From the IMG/VR virus record IMGVR_UViG_3300000115_000011: a stretch of 64,000 nt of DNA. One strand, 5' to 3'. This document shows positions 28,766 to 37,469 of this stretch, one piece after another. How positions within the stretch are numbered: position 1 is the first letter of the stretch; the number at the start of each line of letters is the position of its first letter. A program made the translations under genes and the position numbers. A model generated the notes under the pieces. The model was not told the origin of the DNA, made no database searches, and saw only the letters and a program-made list of their open reading frames with translations. This DNA comes from an uncultured virus (IMG/VR IMGVR_UViG_3300000115_000011). Taxonomy: Duplodnaviria; Heunggongvirae; Uroviricota; Caudoviricetes.

Positions 28766-29082
28766 TCAAAGTAACCCAGCGTATGTTAAACAAGTCGATC
28801 ATCGATGCTAACAAAGCGGTGACGTCATTTGTTAATGACAATCTGCCCCAAGGGTATGAGGGTCTAACAGATAAGATCACCTACCCTGCCCTAATAGGAC
28901 GTCCTGATGAATGGACTGATGGCTGGATAGAGTCTGAGCTAAGGCTTTATAAACGGATACGAGGTGACAAACTTTTGTCAATCAAAAACTTAGGCAAGAT
29001 AGCTGATGTTGGTGACGTCTTGACCTTTGATTCAACTGATGGCGTCAGTGTTTTGATAACTGTAACCAAGGGGGATGTATGA
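28762..29082 (+). CDS. Putative stand-alone B3/EcoRII-N-like DNA-binding domain
   Basis: T..ML.KSIIDA...V..F...LY....GD......L...A..GD.L pattern, recalled from N-terminal accessory domains of restriction enzymes; unverified. Confidence 0.4.
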   Translation: MIKVTQRMLNKSIIDANKAVTSFVNDNLPQGYEGLTDKITYPALIGRPDEWTDGWIESELRLYKRIRGDKLLSIKNLGKIADVGDVLTFDSTDGVSVLITVTKGDV

Positions 29083-29480
29083 GTAAATTATATATCGTTT
29101 TAGACAGTGAACACCGCATGTGCGATGTAGGCTTTAACGAAGGCGGGTGCAGCGTGTGGAGTACATACGAGGATGCTTTGCAGTCAGCCCATACAGAACA
29201 TGCAAGACCCTATGGCCTAACGAATCAAGAAGGACTAGATGAAGATTGTCCCTATTATGATTATCAAATTCTAATTGTTGAAAAGATAGGTCACTCAGTC
29301 AACCAATGTGAAGTTTACCTGCCAAAAAAAGTAGACTTTGATTTTGTTATGGACACCTTTGTATCTGTTCGAGCGCCCGAAGGTACTGACCCTGACGATC
29401 TTATTAAAGAGGCCAAGATTAGGTTTCAAGACGTAGCAAAGAATACTAACTTTGATGTGGTTTTAAAGGAGGATGTATGA
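29079..29480 (+). CDS. Hypothetical acidic protein
   Basis: GGGGGATGTATG junction start. Confidence 0.6.
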   Translation: MSKLYIVLDSEHRMCDVGFNEGGCSVWSTYEDALQSAHTEHARPYGLTNQEGLDEDCPYYDYQILIVEKIGHSVNQCEVYLPKKVDFDFVMDTFVSVRAPEGTDPDDLIKEAKIRFQDVAKNTNFDVVLKEDV

Positions 29481-29683
29481 GTAAAAGATTCTGTACTTAC
29501 ATGAGTGATTCCAATGACTTAACTGATCGTCCGATTAGATTTATAGTGGAAGGCCAAAGCCTACCTGACGATTGGTCTGAGTATGTATGGCAGTACGCCA
29601 AGGATGGGGACGAAGCAGTTAGCCAACATGTGGAAAAGCATGATCTCTGGCAAAAAGATCGGGTAGAGAAACACACCTACTAG
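29477..29683 (+). CDS. Hypothetical protein
   Basis: GGAGGATGTATG junction start. Confidence 0.6.
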   Translation: MSKRFCTYMSDSNDLTDRPIRFIVEGQSLPDDWSEYVWQYAKDGDEAVSQHVEKHDLWQKDRVEKHTY

Positions 29684-29691
29684 GAGGATGT

Positions 29692-29862
29692 ATGAAAAAA
29701 TATAACGTTTACATTACTTATCCAGTTAAACATAGCTATGAAGTAGAAGCAGAAAATGAAGATGAAGCTAAACAAATGGCTTGTGAAGGCGAAGGCTATA
29801 TCACAACAGAATATGTGGAGTACAAAACTGAGATTGAAATAACCGAAGGAGGAGGCGTATGA
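29692..29862 (+). CDS. 56-aa acidic protein, DpnD/PcfM-like pattern (not in ORF track)
   Basis: MKKYNVYITYPVKHSYEVEAENEDEAKQMA...; GGAGGATGTATG start. Confidence 0.65.
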   Translation: MKKYNVYITYPVKHSYEVEAENEDEAKQMACEGEGYITTEYVEYKTEIEITEGGGV

Positions 29863-30065
29863 GTAAAGCTGAATCTATATATGAATGGTTCCAAGATCAC
29901 TTCGATACCTTCGAGTGCTATCCCATGGATTGGATTGATTACGCTGACACTGACTTCACTCACACTGATGCAGGTTATGAAGAAGTAGGACGGCTATATA
30001 ATTGGGACGAATGTTGGGCCATATTGAACGAGCATTATCCAAATGTTAAGTGGAGGATGAACTAA
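29859..30065 (+). CDS. Small acidic aromatic-rich protein
   Basis: GGAGGCGTATG junction start. Confidence 0.6.
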   Translation: MSKAESIYEWFQDHFDTFECYPMDWIDYADTDFTHTDAGYEEVGRLYNWDECWAILNEHYPNVKWRMN

Positions 30066-30224
30066 ATGTCTAGTAAAGGTCACTGGTTTCCTTGCGGGAA
30101 CATAAACATGAAAGGACGTAAGACACAGAAAGCTCCTTGTGGGTGCTGTAGTGAAATACAGAACCAAAAAGACAAGCTCCTTATAAAAATACATAGAAAA
30201 GAAGCTAAGGAGACTTATGACTAA
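30066..30224 (+). CDS. 52-aa basic Cys-containing protein (not in ORF track)
   Basis: MSSKGHWFPCGNINMKGRKTQKAPCGCCSEIQNQKDK...; fills the gap. Confidence 0.45.
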   Translation: MSSKGHWFPCGNINMKGRKTQKAPCGCCSEIQNQKDKLLIKIHRKEAKETYD

Positions 30225-30241
30225 CCAATAACGGAGGACGT

Positions 30242-30550
30242 ATGGACTATAAGAACAAACCAAAGGTAGCAGTATGTCAGGAGTGTGATTCAGAAGATCT
30301 TTCTGCCACAGGGTACTTGTTATGGGATAAAGATAAAGGCGACTGGCTTTCTAATCCTAACGATGAGTTGCATGGTGTTTGGTGTTTCGACTGTGATGGC
30401 GAATGTATCGTAGACTACATAACAGAAGAGGAACTGAAGTTACGTCAGGTAAAAGGAAGGCTCCTCAGTTCTAAGGGTGTCTATAATATAGATCTATACA
30501 AAGGAATGGATGCTGGTGCTATCTATAAAAAACTTCAGGGGGATGTATGA
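30242..30550 (+). CDS. Zinc-ribbon protein, paralog A
   Basis: AVCQECDS...WD...WC.DCDGEC.VDY.TEEELK.RQVK.RL. Confidence 0.7.
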   Translation: MDYKNKPKVAVCQECDSEDLSATGYLLWDKDKGDWLSNPNDELHGVWCFDCDGECIVDYITEEELKLRQVKGRLLSSKGVYNIDLYKGMDAGAIYKKLQGDV

Positions 30551-30774
30551 AAACTTATGCCGTCTGTCAGGAGTGTGATTCACTGGAGATTGAAGGATTA
30601 GCAACTGTCTTCTGGGATCATGTCGTAGGTGAATGGGTGCTACCTCGTGGGGATTATATATATGATTCTGTCTGGTGCCCTCGATGTGAAGGCGAATGTA
30701 ACGTGGACTATCTAACAGAAGAAGAGCTGAAGGTACGTCAGGTAAAGACTAGACTACAAGGTGTCAGTGTATAA
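30547..30774 (+). CDS. Zinc-ribbon protein, paralog B
   Basis: Same motifs as the upstream gene; tandem duplicate. Confidence 0.7.
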   Translation: MKTYAVCQECDSLEIEGLATVFWDHVVGEWVLPRGDYIYDSVWCPRCEGECNVDYLTEEELKVRQVKTRLQGVSV

Positions 30775-30930
30775 CTGTATAGCACATACAGGCACTTGCC
30801 GATTTCTCGGGGCCGGTACACATAAACAAACTTAGCGGGTAATACAGAGACATAGGTGTTGAAAACCTATACCTTATTGTGCCCTAAATTTATATTAAAG
30901 TCAATCATATCAGTGACTTAACTTATCTAC

Positions 30931-30945
30931 TCCGGATCATCCGGC
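30931..30945. repeat. Palindrome copy 5 (TCCGGATCATCCGGC)
   Basis: Intergenic, 25 bp before ATG 30971. Confidence 0.95.
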
Positions 30946-30970
30946 GGAGAACTAACTAGGAGTATCCATC

Positions 30971-31414
30971 ATGGGATATAGATCAGACGTATTGTGGGTA
31001 GCTATTGTGCCATCCATTAAAGAAGCTAATGAATGTATAAAAGCATACATGGTGTTGACCAAGTTGGAACAGACACAACCTCCGTACCCTGATGATGTCA
31101 AAGGGGTATTCGTAGTGGATACACAAGATGACCCAGCCTACATTACTTATGTCGGCAGAGAGGTTAAATGGTACGAGTCATCCGAAAGCGTAAACTTCAT
31201 CAACAATTTTTTTGAATATTATGTGAAGGAATACTTTAATGTTAAAGATATGTCATGGGGGTGCAGATTCTTTAGGGTCGGAGAGGAGCATGAAGATGTA
31301 GAAGTGGAAGAGTACATATGTGAACGCGAAACGTATTCAGAACTTCTTTGGGAGTCGGCTAGTGTAGTCCGTTACATAGAGTCTCCTTTCATAAATAATT
31401 ATTATCATCAATAG
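30971..31414 (+). CDS. Conserved phage hypothetical protein (MGYRSDV family)
   Basis: MGYRSDV...KWY...F.R.GEE..D motif. Confidence 0.7.
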   Translation: MGYRSDVLWVAIVPSIKEANECIKAYMVLTKLEQTQPPYPDDVKGVFVVDTQDDPAYITYVGREVKWYESSESVNFINNFFEYYVKEYFNVKDMSWGCRFFRVGEEHEDVEVEEYICERETYSELLWESASVVRYIESPFINNYYHQ

Positions 31415-31487
31415 GAATTATTCCTAGATAAAACTGTCTGGGAATGTGTTTAAATCATCATAGATTATATACCTAGGAGGAGGAATC

Positions 31488-31733
31488 ATGACTAAAATCT
31501 ATGCACCTAAGACCCGCCCTACCCTTGAGGAAGCTCAAGCCATGGTGGGTGGGTACGTTGCAATGGCAGTCAATCGTCCAGACAAACAGATGCTAGTGGA
31601 TGAAGATGGGAATTCAAAGGACTTGGATGTGAACCACGAGGCATCGTTCATTGCGAACATGAGAATAGTAGGCAACGCTATCGTCCTCACGGGCGATGCG
31701 ATGTGGATAGATGACGAGGAGGAGGATGTATGA
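31488..31733 (+). CDS. DUF3846-like protein
   Basis: PTLEEAQ..VGGY......M.VDEDG..K.L.VN..AS...IVGNAIV. Confidence 0.7.
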   Translation: MTKIYAPKTRPTLEEAQAMVGGYVAMAVNRPDKQMLVDEDGNSKDLDVNHEASFIANMRIVGNAIVLTGDAMWIDDEEEDV

Positions 31734-32038
31734 GTGAGCCAGCAAAAGAAAATAGGTATACACATCTCACAGAAGAAATCGAGGGAGTCAATCGTACCTA
31801 CACCCTTGACCTTGAGATTGAGAGGGAAGGAAAAGAAGTAGTCACTCGATGCAGTGTCGAAGTTAAAGTCCGAGGCACGGTGTACCACACTGACCTAGAC
31901 GAGATAGACAGACACAATGCCTATCACCCTGATGAAGACTTCAAGTTATTTTTAAATGACGAGGACGAGGAAGGATTAACTATCCCAAACGGGGATAAGA
32001 AAGAGATGTTCAATTGGGCATGGGCTAACGGATATTGA
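31730..32038 (+). CDS. Hypothetical acidic protein
   Basis: Junction start; ends WA..NGY. Confidence 0.6.
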   Translation: MSEPAKENRYTHLTEEIEGVNRTYTLDLEIEREGKEVVTRCSVEVKVRGTVYHTDLDEIDRHNAYHPDEDFKLFLNDEDEEGLTIPNGDKKEMFNWAWANGY

Positions 32039-32047
32039 GGAGATAGT

Positions 32048-32272
32048 ATGAGTGAAGCAATAGTTAAAGACGCGTGGCGTTTGGTTGATGATAAGGATCA
32101 ACTCGTTCAAACCGGTGCCGTGTACATTGGACGCGATGGACTGAAGTTCACCGTAAACGGTGGACAGCCACCACATAAACCCTCAAGCAGTGGCCGAGTA
32201 TATGGAGACTGGGAAACAGGACACAGTGGGGAATACTTCCCGCATGTATTCGATCTAGTGTGGAAGAAGTAA
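32048..32272 (+). CDS. Conserved phage hypothetical protein
   Basis: GG.PPHKPSS.GRVY...EYFP.VF.L.W motif. Confidence 0.7.
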   Translation: MSEAIVKDAWRLVDDKDQLVQTGAVYIGRDGLKFTVNGGQPPHKPSSSGRVYGDWETGHSGEYFPHVFDLVWKK

Positions 32273-32294
32273 TGTAGGATAATTCTATACAACT

Positions 32295-32317
32295 ACCAGC
32301 CAAGTGCTGGTTTTTTT
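32295..32317 (+). terminator. Intrinsic terminator
   Basis: ACCAGC-CAAGT-GCTGGT-TTTTTT. Confidence 0.75.
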
Positions 32318-32515
32318 ATGCCTAAATCTTATTGGATATATACCTACACCGAGGGTATAAAAACAATAGTAATTAATTGGAGTGCTTATGATTATCACAA
32401 TAGCTTGTGTCGCTGGATTCTTCATTGGGTTTACTACACACCTTATGCTCACTCGATGGGCTAAGCGCAGGCATCTTGAACTGATTCGCGTCAGCTCTAG
32501 TTGGAAGGGGTAGCC

Positions 32516-32650
32516 ATGTCAACAAAGAAGTGCCCTCGATGTGGAGGTACTCACCTTGGTCTAGTCAGATCACAGCTCTTAAAGTTCTGCACAGACTGCT
32601 GGCTGTGGTTTACATGGCCTCTTGATAAACACCAGAAGGAACTAAAGTAA
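32516..32650 (+). CDS. 44-aa zinc-finger peptide (not in ORF track)
   Basis: MSTKKCPRCGGTHLGLVRSQLLKFCTDCWLWFTWPLDKHQKELK; TAATG-coupled to the MazG-like gene. Confidence 0.6.
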   Translation: MSTKKCPRCGGTHLGLVRSQLLKFCTDCWLWFTWPLDKHQKELK

Positions 32651-32946
32651 TGGATAAACTAATTAATAATGTCATCCAGTGGGCAGATGACAAGGGGATC
32701 CTAGAAAAGTCTACCCCTTTGCACCAACACGTTAAGACTCAAGAAGAGGTGAATGAGTTGCTTGAGGCAATCGTTAACTCTGATCGTGAGGAAACCATAG
32801 ATGCCATTGGTGACATCATCGTCACCCTTATCATACAAGCAGAGCTGAATGGATTGTCCGTCAAGGACTGTCTCCAAAGTGCATATGATGTGATCAAAGG
32901 GCGTCAAGGGTCTATGGTCAATGGCTTATTCGTAAAGGATTCATGA
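32650..32946 (+). CDS. MazG-like NTP pyrophosphohydrolase
   Basis: WA...GI......Q..K..EEV.EL...DAIGD..VTL...CL..AY.VIK.R.G.MVNG.FVK. Confidence 0.9.
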   Translation: MDKLINNVIQWADDKGILEKSTPLHQHVKTQEEVNELLEAIVNSDREETIDAIGDIIVTLIIQAELNGLSVKDCLQSAYDVIKGRQGSMVNGLFVKDS

Positions 32947-33206
32947 GCTTAATATTTAACCCAAAGGTTACGTTACGTCCTAAAAGGACTATGAAGGAAA
33001 AAACCTTGGGTGATTTATCTCATGACGAATGCAATCGTCTAGTAGAGCTTCGTGCAATAGCTGTCCCATACTATGAGATCGAGTCCCTAATGGGTAGATC
33101 ATACAAGATATGGCAGTCAGCACCTGAGAAGTATGGGCTGACAGTACGCATTGCAAATAAGCGTGCTGAACTAACACAAGCAGCCCTTAATCCTGACGCT
33201 GCTTAG
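32943..33206 (+). CDS. Hypothetical protein (possible HTH)
   Basis: L.ELR......Y.EI...MGRS pattern. Confidence 0.55.
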   Translation: MSLIFNPKVTLRPKRTMKEKTLGDLSHDECNRLVELRAIAVPYYEIESLMGRSYKIWQSAPEKYGLTVRIANKRAELTQAALNPDAA

Positions 33207-33207
33207 C

Positions 33208-33222
33208 TCCGGATGATCCGGA
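33208..33222. repeat. Palindrome copy 6, inverted (TCCGGATGATCCGGA)
   Basis: Directly after a stop codon and before a terminator hairpin at ~33227-33251. Confidence 0.95.
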
Positions 33223-33262
33223 CTATAGCCTCGTTTGATCGGGGCTTTTTTATATAAAATTT

Positions 33263-33859
33263 TTGGAGAAAAATATGAATGACTTCGCAACCTACTCTCT
33301 TATAAATCTACCAAGTAACTGCGCAGATATATCTGACGTAAATGAATCTCTTTCAAGCATGACTAAGAATCAGCTTATCAATTTGATACTAGGGAATATA
33401 GCACCCCGTATATCAGACCTACGAGGCGTGCCTATGAATGTAGGTCACTGCACCTATAAAGGTAAAGGTAAGTCATGCTATGTAGTAGGACGTAAACTTT
33501 ATGGTTTTGTTGGTGGAGGCAATGGCGTCTCCTTTCATGCTGGTCAGCTAATAGATGCTAATGTACTTATGTACGGGTCAAAGTCATCTAAGTGGGCGTC
33601 ACACATACTAGAGTGCTTTAATGCAGATCAGCTTAACGAAATCCGTCTGGTGTTAGGTAGACCCATGAGTAAGAAAGACTACTCCCTAATTTCTAAACAC
33701 TTGCCTACCTATTCTGGAGAGATTATTAAATATACTAGTTCTCGGTGGAACGCATACAATCCATACGGCCTTAAACCCATGACCGACTTTAAGTTTGCCA
33801 TCGTGAAAGCCTGTCTTGATGGACTTAGCCGAACCAAATTATTTAAAGCCGCAGCGTAA
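33263..33859 (+). CDS. Hypothetical protein
   Basis: ORF track; real start is probably the ATG after GGAG at ~33275. Confidence 0.6.
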   Translation: MEKNMNDFATYSLINLPSNCADISDVNESLSSMTKNQLINLILGNIAPRISDLRGVPMNVGHCTYKGKGKSCYVVGRKLYGFVGGGNGVSFHAGQLIDANVLMYGSKSSKWASHILECFNADQLNEIRLVLGRPMSKKDYSLISKHLPTYSGEIIKYTSSRWNAYNPYGLKPMTDFKFAIVKACLDGLSRTKLFKAAA

Positions 33860-33868
33860 GGAAAAAAT

Positions 33869-34114
33869 ATGACTGATATATCTAGTAAAGAGTGGCATCT
33901 TAAATGCTATGGAGAAACCGAAGAGGCCATGATGGCAATGAAACCTATGATGAGTGGGAGCCTTGGCTGGGGCATGCTGACTATGAGCATACTCAGTGAC
34001 TCTCAGGAAGCCATGGAGCGTGGGCAACCTGAAGTGTCTCGACAGTTTATAAACAAAGCCAAGTGGATCATATCCCGTGAGTGGATGATTGATAAAGAGG
34101 AGGAAGACCAATGA
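33869..34114 (+). CDS. Hypothetical protein
   Basis: MSILSD.QE.......RQ.IN.AK motif. Confidence 0.65.
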   Translation: MTDISSKEWHLKCYGETEEAMMAMKPMMSGSLGWGMLTMSILSDSQEAMERGQPEVSRQFINKAKWIISREWMIDKEEEDQ

Positions 34115-34389
34115 ACGTAAGTCCTATTGCCGAATACTACTTCACCATGGAGCACAGCCTAGTCACTGCAATAATAAACAATGACACCTCTGGCATTAGC
34201 GATGAAGAAGATGAAGCTCTTGACAACTTCATTGAAAGGATTCACGACAAGACTACTAAGGAGCATGGACTGAGTGCATTTGCTGCCATTCTTAAACCAG
34301 AAAATGAAACCGAGTTTACTCGATGTGATGTCACTGGGTTTCAAGGCAACTGTTACGATGTGACAGCACTCGTGTATCAAACTCACTAG
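34111..34389 (+). CDS. Small acidic conserved protein
   Basis: A.IN.D.SG.SDEE...L..F...F..CD..G..G.C motif. Confidence 0.65.
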   Translation: MNVSPIAEYYFTMEHSLVTAIINNDTSGISDEEDEALDNFIERIHDKTTKEHGLSAFAAILKPENETEFTRCDVTGFQGNCYDVTALVYQTH

Positions 34390-34398
34390 GAGAATGAA

Positions 34399-34749
34399 GT
34401 GCATCTAAATATTACCTATACGTCTATGTGTATGTGGGAACACATAACAGAGAGCATCCTTATCGAGCATGGCCCCTGTTATGAAGCCTTCAAAAAGAGT
34501 GAGGACATTAGAACAATCAGGATCACTGTCGCTCACATGGCAAAAGAAGTTCAGCGTGCCTGTGACGATGCCCGTACTGATGAAACTTTCTCTCACCTCA
34601 CTACCCCTTGGGGTAATGCTGTGGCCCATGACTGGGAGTTTATTCCAGCTCTAGTAGATTACTTGGTAGATATAAACGATCAAGACTTTAGTACCGAGGA
34701 TACCTATGACGATACCTATACGTTCTTAGAGTTATCCGCCACAAAATAA
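34399..34749 (+). CDS. Hypothetical acidic protein
   Basis: GGAG RBS, GTG start; followed by a terminator at ~34768-34795. Confidence 0.6.
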   Translation: MHLNITYTSMCMWEHITESILIEHGPCYEAFKKSEDIRTIRITVAHMAKEVQRACDDARTDETFSHLTTPWGNAVAHDWEFIPALVDYLVDINDQDFSTEDTYDDTYTFLELSATK

Positions 34750-34807
34750 CCTCTTAACTTAACAACCAAACCGCCCCTTCACTGGGGTTTTTTTATGCCT
34801 AAAGGAA

Positions 34808-35008
34808 ATGATAATGAAATATTACGCTTACGATAGTAACAGTGACCTTCACCATCTAGGTGAACACAAGTCACCTTACTTCGCCCGTCAAAACGCACAA
34901 GAAATTTTCGGTGAGTATAGCTTTAAGTCCACTGTAGTTCTCAGTGAGACTCAGATCATGACATCAGCGGTGACCGCTCGGATGTTATCCAATGTAACCC
35001 CCTCATGA
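34808..35008 (+). CDS. Hypothetical protein
   Basis: ORF track, AAGGA RBS. Confidence 0.5.
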   Translation: MIMKYYAYDSNSDLHHLGEHKSPYFARQNAQEIFGEYSFKSTVVLSETQIMTSAVTARMLSNVTPS

Positions 35009-35029
35009 AACCTTAACAGGAGTAGATAA

Positions 35030-35227
35030 ATGGATATAAACCAAAAGGATGGTTACGTTCTAGTAGATGCCAACAATAACGTGGTCTCTTACTTGAGCCG
35101 ATCATCTGTCGAAGACCGATCAAAACCACTCGTTCCATTCAAGGGGATGAGGATAGTCAGCATTGCTAGCAGAGACATCTCTCACCTAGAGGATCTATTC
35201 GACCCCAGCCTATGGACACCTGATTAA
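35030..35227 (+). CDS. Hypothetical protein
   Basis: GGAG RBS. Confidence 0.55.
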   Translation: MDINQKDGYVLVDANNNVVSYLSRSSVEDRSKPLVPFKGMRIVSIASRDISHLEDLFDPSLWTPD

Positions 35228-35242
35228 TTGTAAGGAGGATTT

Positions 35243-35548
35243 ATGCAACTAGAAATAACCTATGAACAGTGGAAAGCCACCGTCAGAATCACTGACTACA
35301 TGGTAGGTCAGCTCCCCTTTAGGGGGGCCACCCCAGAGGATTCTGATTGTGGTTGTCCATCCAGTGTGGACTTTCTAATAGAAAGAATCGAGAGCACATC
35401 AGATCTTTGTGACCCCTCGATGCTGTCGTACTTCGACAGCTCAGGGTTTACCGATAAAGTCGAGGAGCTATGGATCAAAGAGCTGGAGGATTCTAACCAG
35501 CCTGACTTCGATGACTTCGATGACTATGGATACGATGTCGCAGTCTGA
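35243..35548 (+). CDS. Hypothetical highly acidic protein
   Basis: AAGGAGG RBS; Asp-rich tail. Confidence 0.6.
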   Translation: MQLEITYEQWKATVRITDYMVGQLPFRGATPEDSDCGCPSSVDFLIERIESTSDLCDPSMLSYFDSSGFTDKVEELWIKELEDSNQPDFDDFDDYGYDVAV

Positions 35549-35604
35549 TTCACATCAACCAATACCTTTAAGTAAATACAACAATTTCCTAGGAGGAAAT
35601 TATA

Positions 35605-36588
35605 ATGAAGCACTCTGAAGTTTTACAAGCAGTACACACATGTATGTCAGCCGATGTACCCTTGTTGATTCATGGCAAGCCCGGAGTTGGTAAGTCAGCC
35701 TTGGTTAAGGCAGTCGCCGCTGAGTATAAGATGGAGCTGCGTGATATTCGCGCTGCCCTGCTCGACCCTGTGGATGTCATGGGTGTACCCGTACCTGATC
35801 GAGAGACCCGCGAGACTAACTGGTTCACACCAGAGCTATGGCCTAGCAAGGGTAAAGGCATACTCTTTCTTGACGAGCTGCCTCAAGCCACTGTGGCGGT
35901 GCAAAAAGCACTGAGTCAGCTGGTGCTTGATCGCACCATTGGTACATCATACAAGTTACCCAAAGGCTGGAGGATTCTTGCCGCTGGTAACTACACCACT
36001 GACAGGGCAGGTGCTGGTGAATTACTCAGCCAGATGAAGAACCGATTCATCCACGTTGACTATGAAACTGACATGACGGAATGGATTAACTATGCACTCA
36101 AGGCAAACATCATGCCAGAGATCATTGCCTTTATTCGCTACCGCCCTGAGCTTCTCCATGATATGGACGTCACAAAGAATGCTTTTCCCACGCCACGCAG
36201 TTGGGAATTTGCATCAGACATCCTAAAGGCCAAGCCTTCTCGAGAGATTGAGTACCAGTTGCTTATCGGAACCATCGGTGAGGGTGCTGCCGCAGAACTT
36301 CTGGGGTTCTTAAAGATCTTCCGTACCCTGCCTGACCCTGACCATATCTTACTTGACCCAATGAACGCAGAGGTTCCAGAAGATCCGGCCACACTGTACG
36401 CATTGACTGGTGCGCTTGCATCAAGAGCAAGTGAGTCTAACTTCGAGAGAATAGTCCAGTACAGCAAGCGTATTAAGCCAGAGTTCAGCGTACTAATGGT
36501 GCGAGACTCAGTAACCAAGTGTCCAGAAGCTACAAAGACTATCGCCTTTGTTAACTGGGCTTCAGAAAACCACAAGGTAATTATCTAG
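35605..36588 (+). CDS. MoxR-like AAA+ ATPase
   Basis: Walker A GKPGVGKS, Walker B LFLDE, sensor AAGN, arginine finger NRF, TPRSW. Confidence 0.9.
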   Translation: MKHSEVLQAVHTCMSADVPLLIHGKPGVGKSALVKAVAAEYKMELRDIRAALLDPVDVMGVPVPDRETRETNWFTPELWPSKGKGILFLDELPQATVAVQKALSQLVLDRTIGTSYKLPKGWRILAAGNYTTDRAGAGELLSQMKNRFIHVDYETDMTEWINYALKANIMPEIIAFIRYRPELLHDMDVTKNAFPTPRSWEFASDILKAKPSREIEYQLLIGTIGEGAAAELLGFLKIFRTLPDPDHILLDPMNAEVPEDPATLYALTGALASRASESNFERIVQYSKRIKPEFSVLMVRDSVTKCPEATKTIAFVNWASENHKVII

Positions 36589-36597
36589 GAGATAAAT

Positions 36598-37461
36598 ATG
36601 TCTATAAGAAATCAAGCTATGCTAGTGAACCTCACAGTTCACGGATGGAATCCATCGAAAGAAGATATCTCTGTAACTGATGAGGCACACATTCTACATG
36701 GTGCTTCCAGTAGGGCTGGTCGGTACATCAAGAGATTGATTGCTGCCAAATACACTAACCCAATCTCAGCAGCAGAGAGACGCATTCGAGTTTATGTTCA
36801 ACAACATACAGTCCCTTGGGACGACTTCGGATTCCGAGCCTTGCGCTCTGACCAGTTCTTTAAATTCAGAGAGGGGTACGATAAGGCTGTCAGTGATTAC
36901 GACAAAACTGTTAAGACATTCGTTAATGAGTACCAGCGGATTATCTCTGATCAAAAGAATGAACTAGGAAGTATGTTCAAAGAGAGTGACTATCCTGATG
37001 CAGGAATAGTCCAGTCTAAGTACGGAGCCGACTTAACTATCAGACCGATTCAAGAGTCTGAGAACTTTATTGTCCAAGCAACTGATGAAGAATCTGCTTA
37101 CATCAAGGATAAGATGGAGAAGGATGTCCTATCCTCTATGCAGTCTGCACTGGCTGACCCTTGGGAGCGCCTGTATGAGACCATAAGCGATGTGGCTAGA
37201 CGACTGGCCCTATCCCCTGACGTAAAGGAAGGAGTCTTTACTAAGAAAACCACTATGAAACTAGAGAAGCTATTGGATCAGCTACCTCTACTTAACATCT
37301 CTGGTGATCCTCACCTAGATGAACTCAATGAACAAGCCAAGAAGTTGCTCGTTAATCCAGCTGAACTAAGAGTCTTCCCTGATACTAGGGCTGAAGCTAA
37401 GAACACAGCGGATGATATTCTAAAGAAGATGTCTGGTTATCTTGGAGAATCTGCTGCCTAG
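36598..37461 (+). CDS. DUF3150-like helical protein
   Basis: T.PW...G.R.L, F...Y...LG..F...DYP, L..LN..GDP.L; usual neighbour of this ATPase class. Confidence 0.6.
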   Translation: MSIRNQAMLVNLTVHGWNPSKEDISVTDEAHILHGASSRAGRYIKRLIAAKYTNPISAAERRIRVYVQQHTVPWDDFGFRALRSDQFFKFREGYDKAVSDYDKTVKTFVNEYQRIISDQKNELGSMFKESDYPDAGIVQSKYGADLTIRPIQESENFIVQATDEESAYIKDKMEKDVLSSMQSALADPWERLYETISDVARRLALSPDVKEGVFTKKTTMKLEKLLDQLPLLNISGDPHLDELNEQAKKLLVNPAELRVFPDTRAEAKNTADDILKKMSGYLGESAA

Positions 37462-37469
37462 GAGGCACT

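Noticed and set aside
30775..30791. LexA SOS box
   Set aside because: CTG-N11-CAG is one base longer than the CTG-N10-CAG consensus, and the paralogous cassette at 25775 does not keep it.
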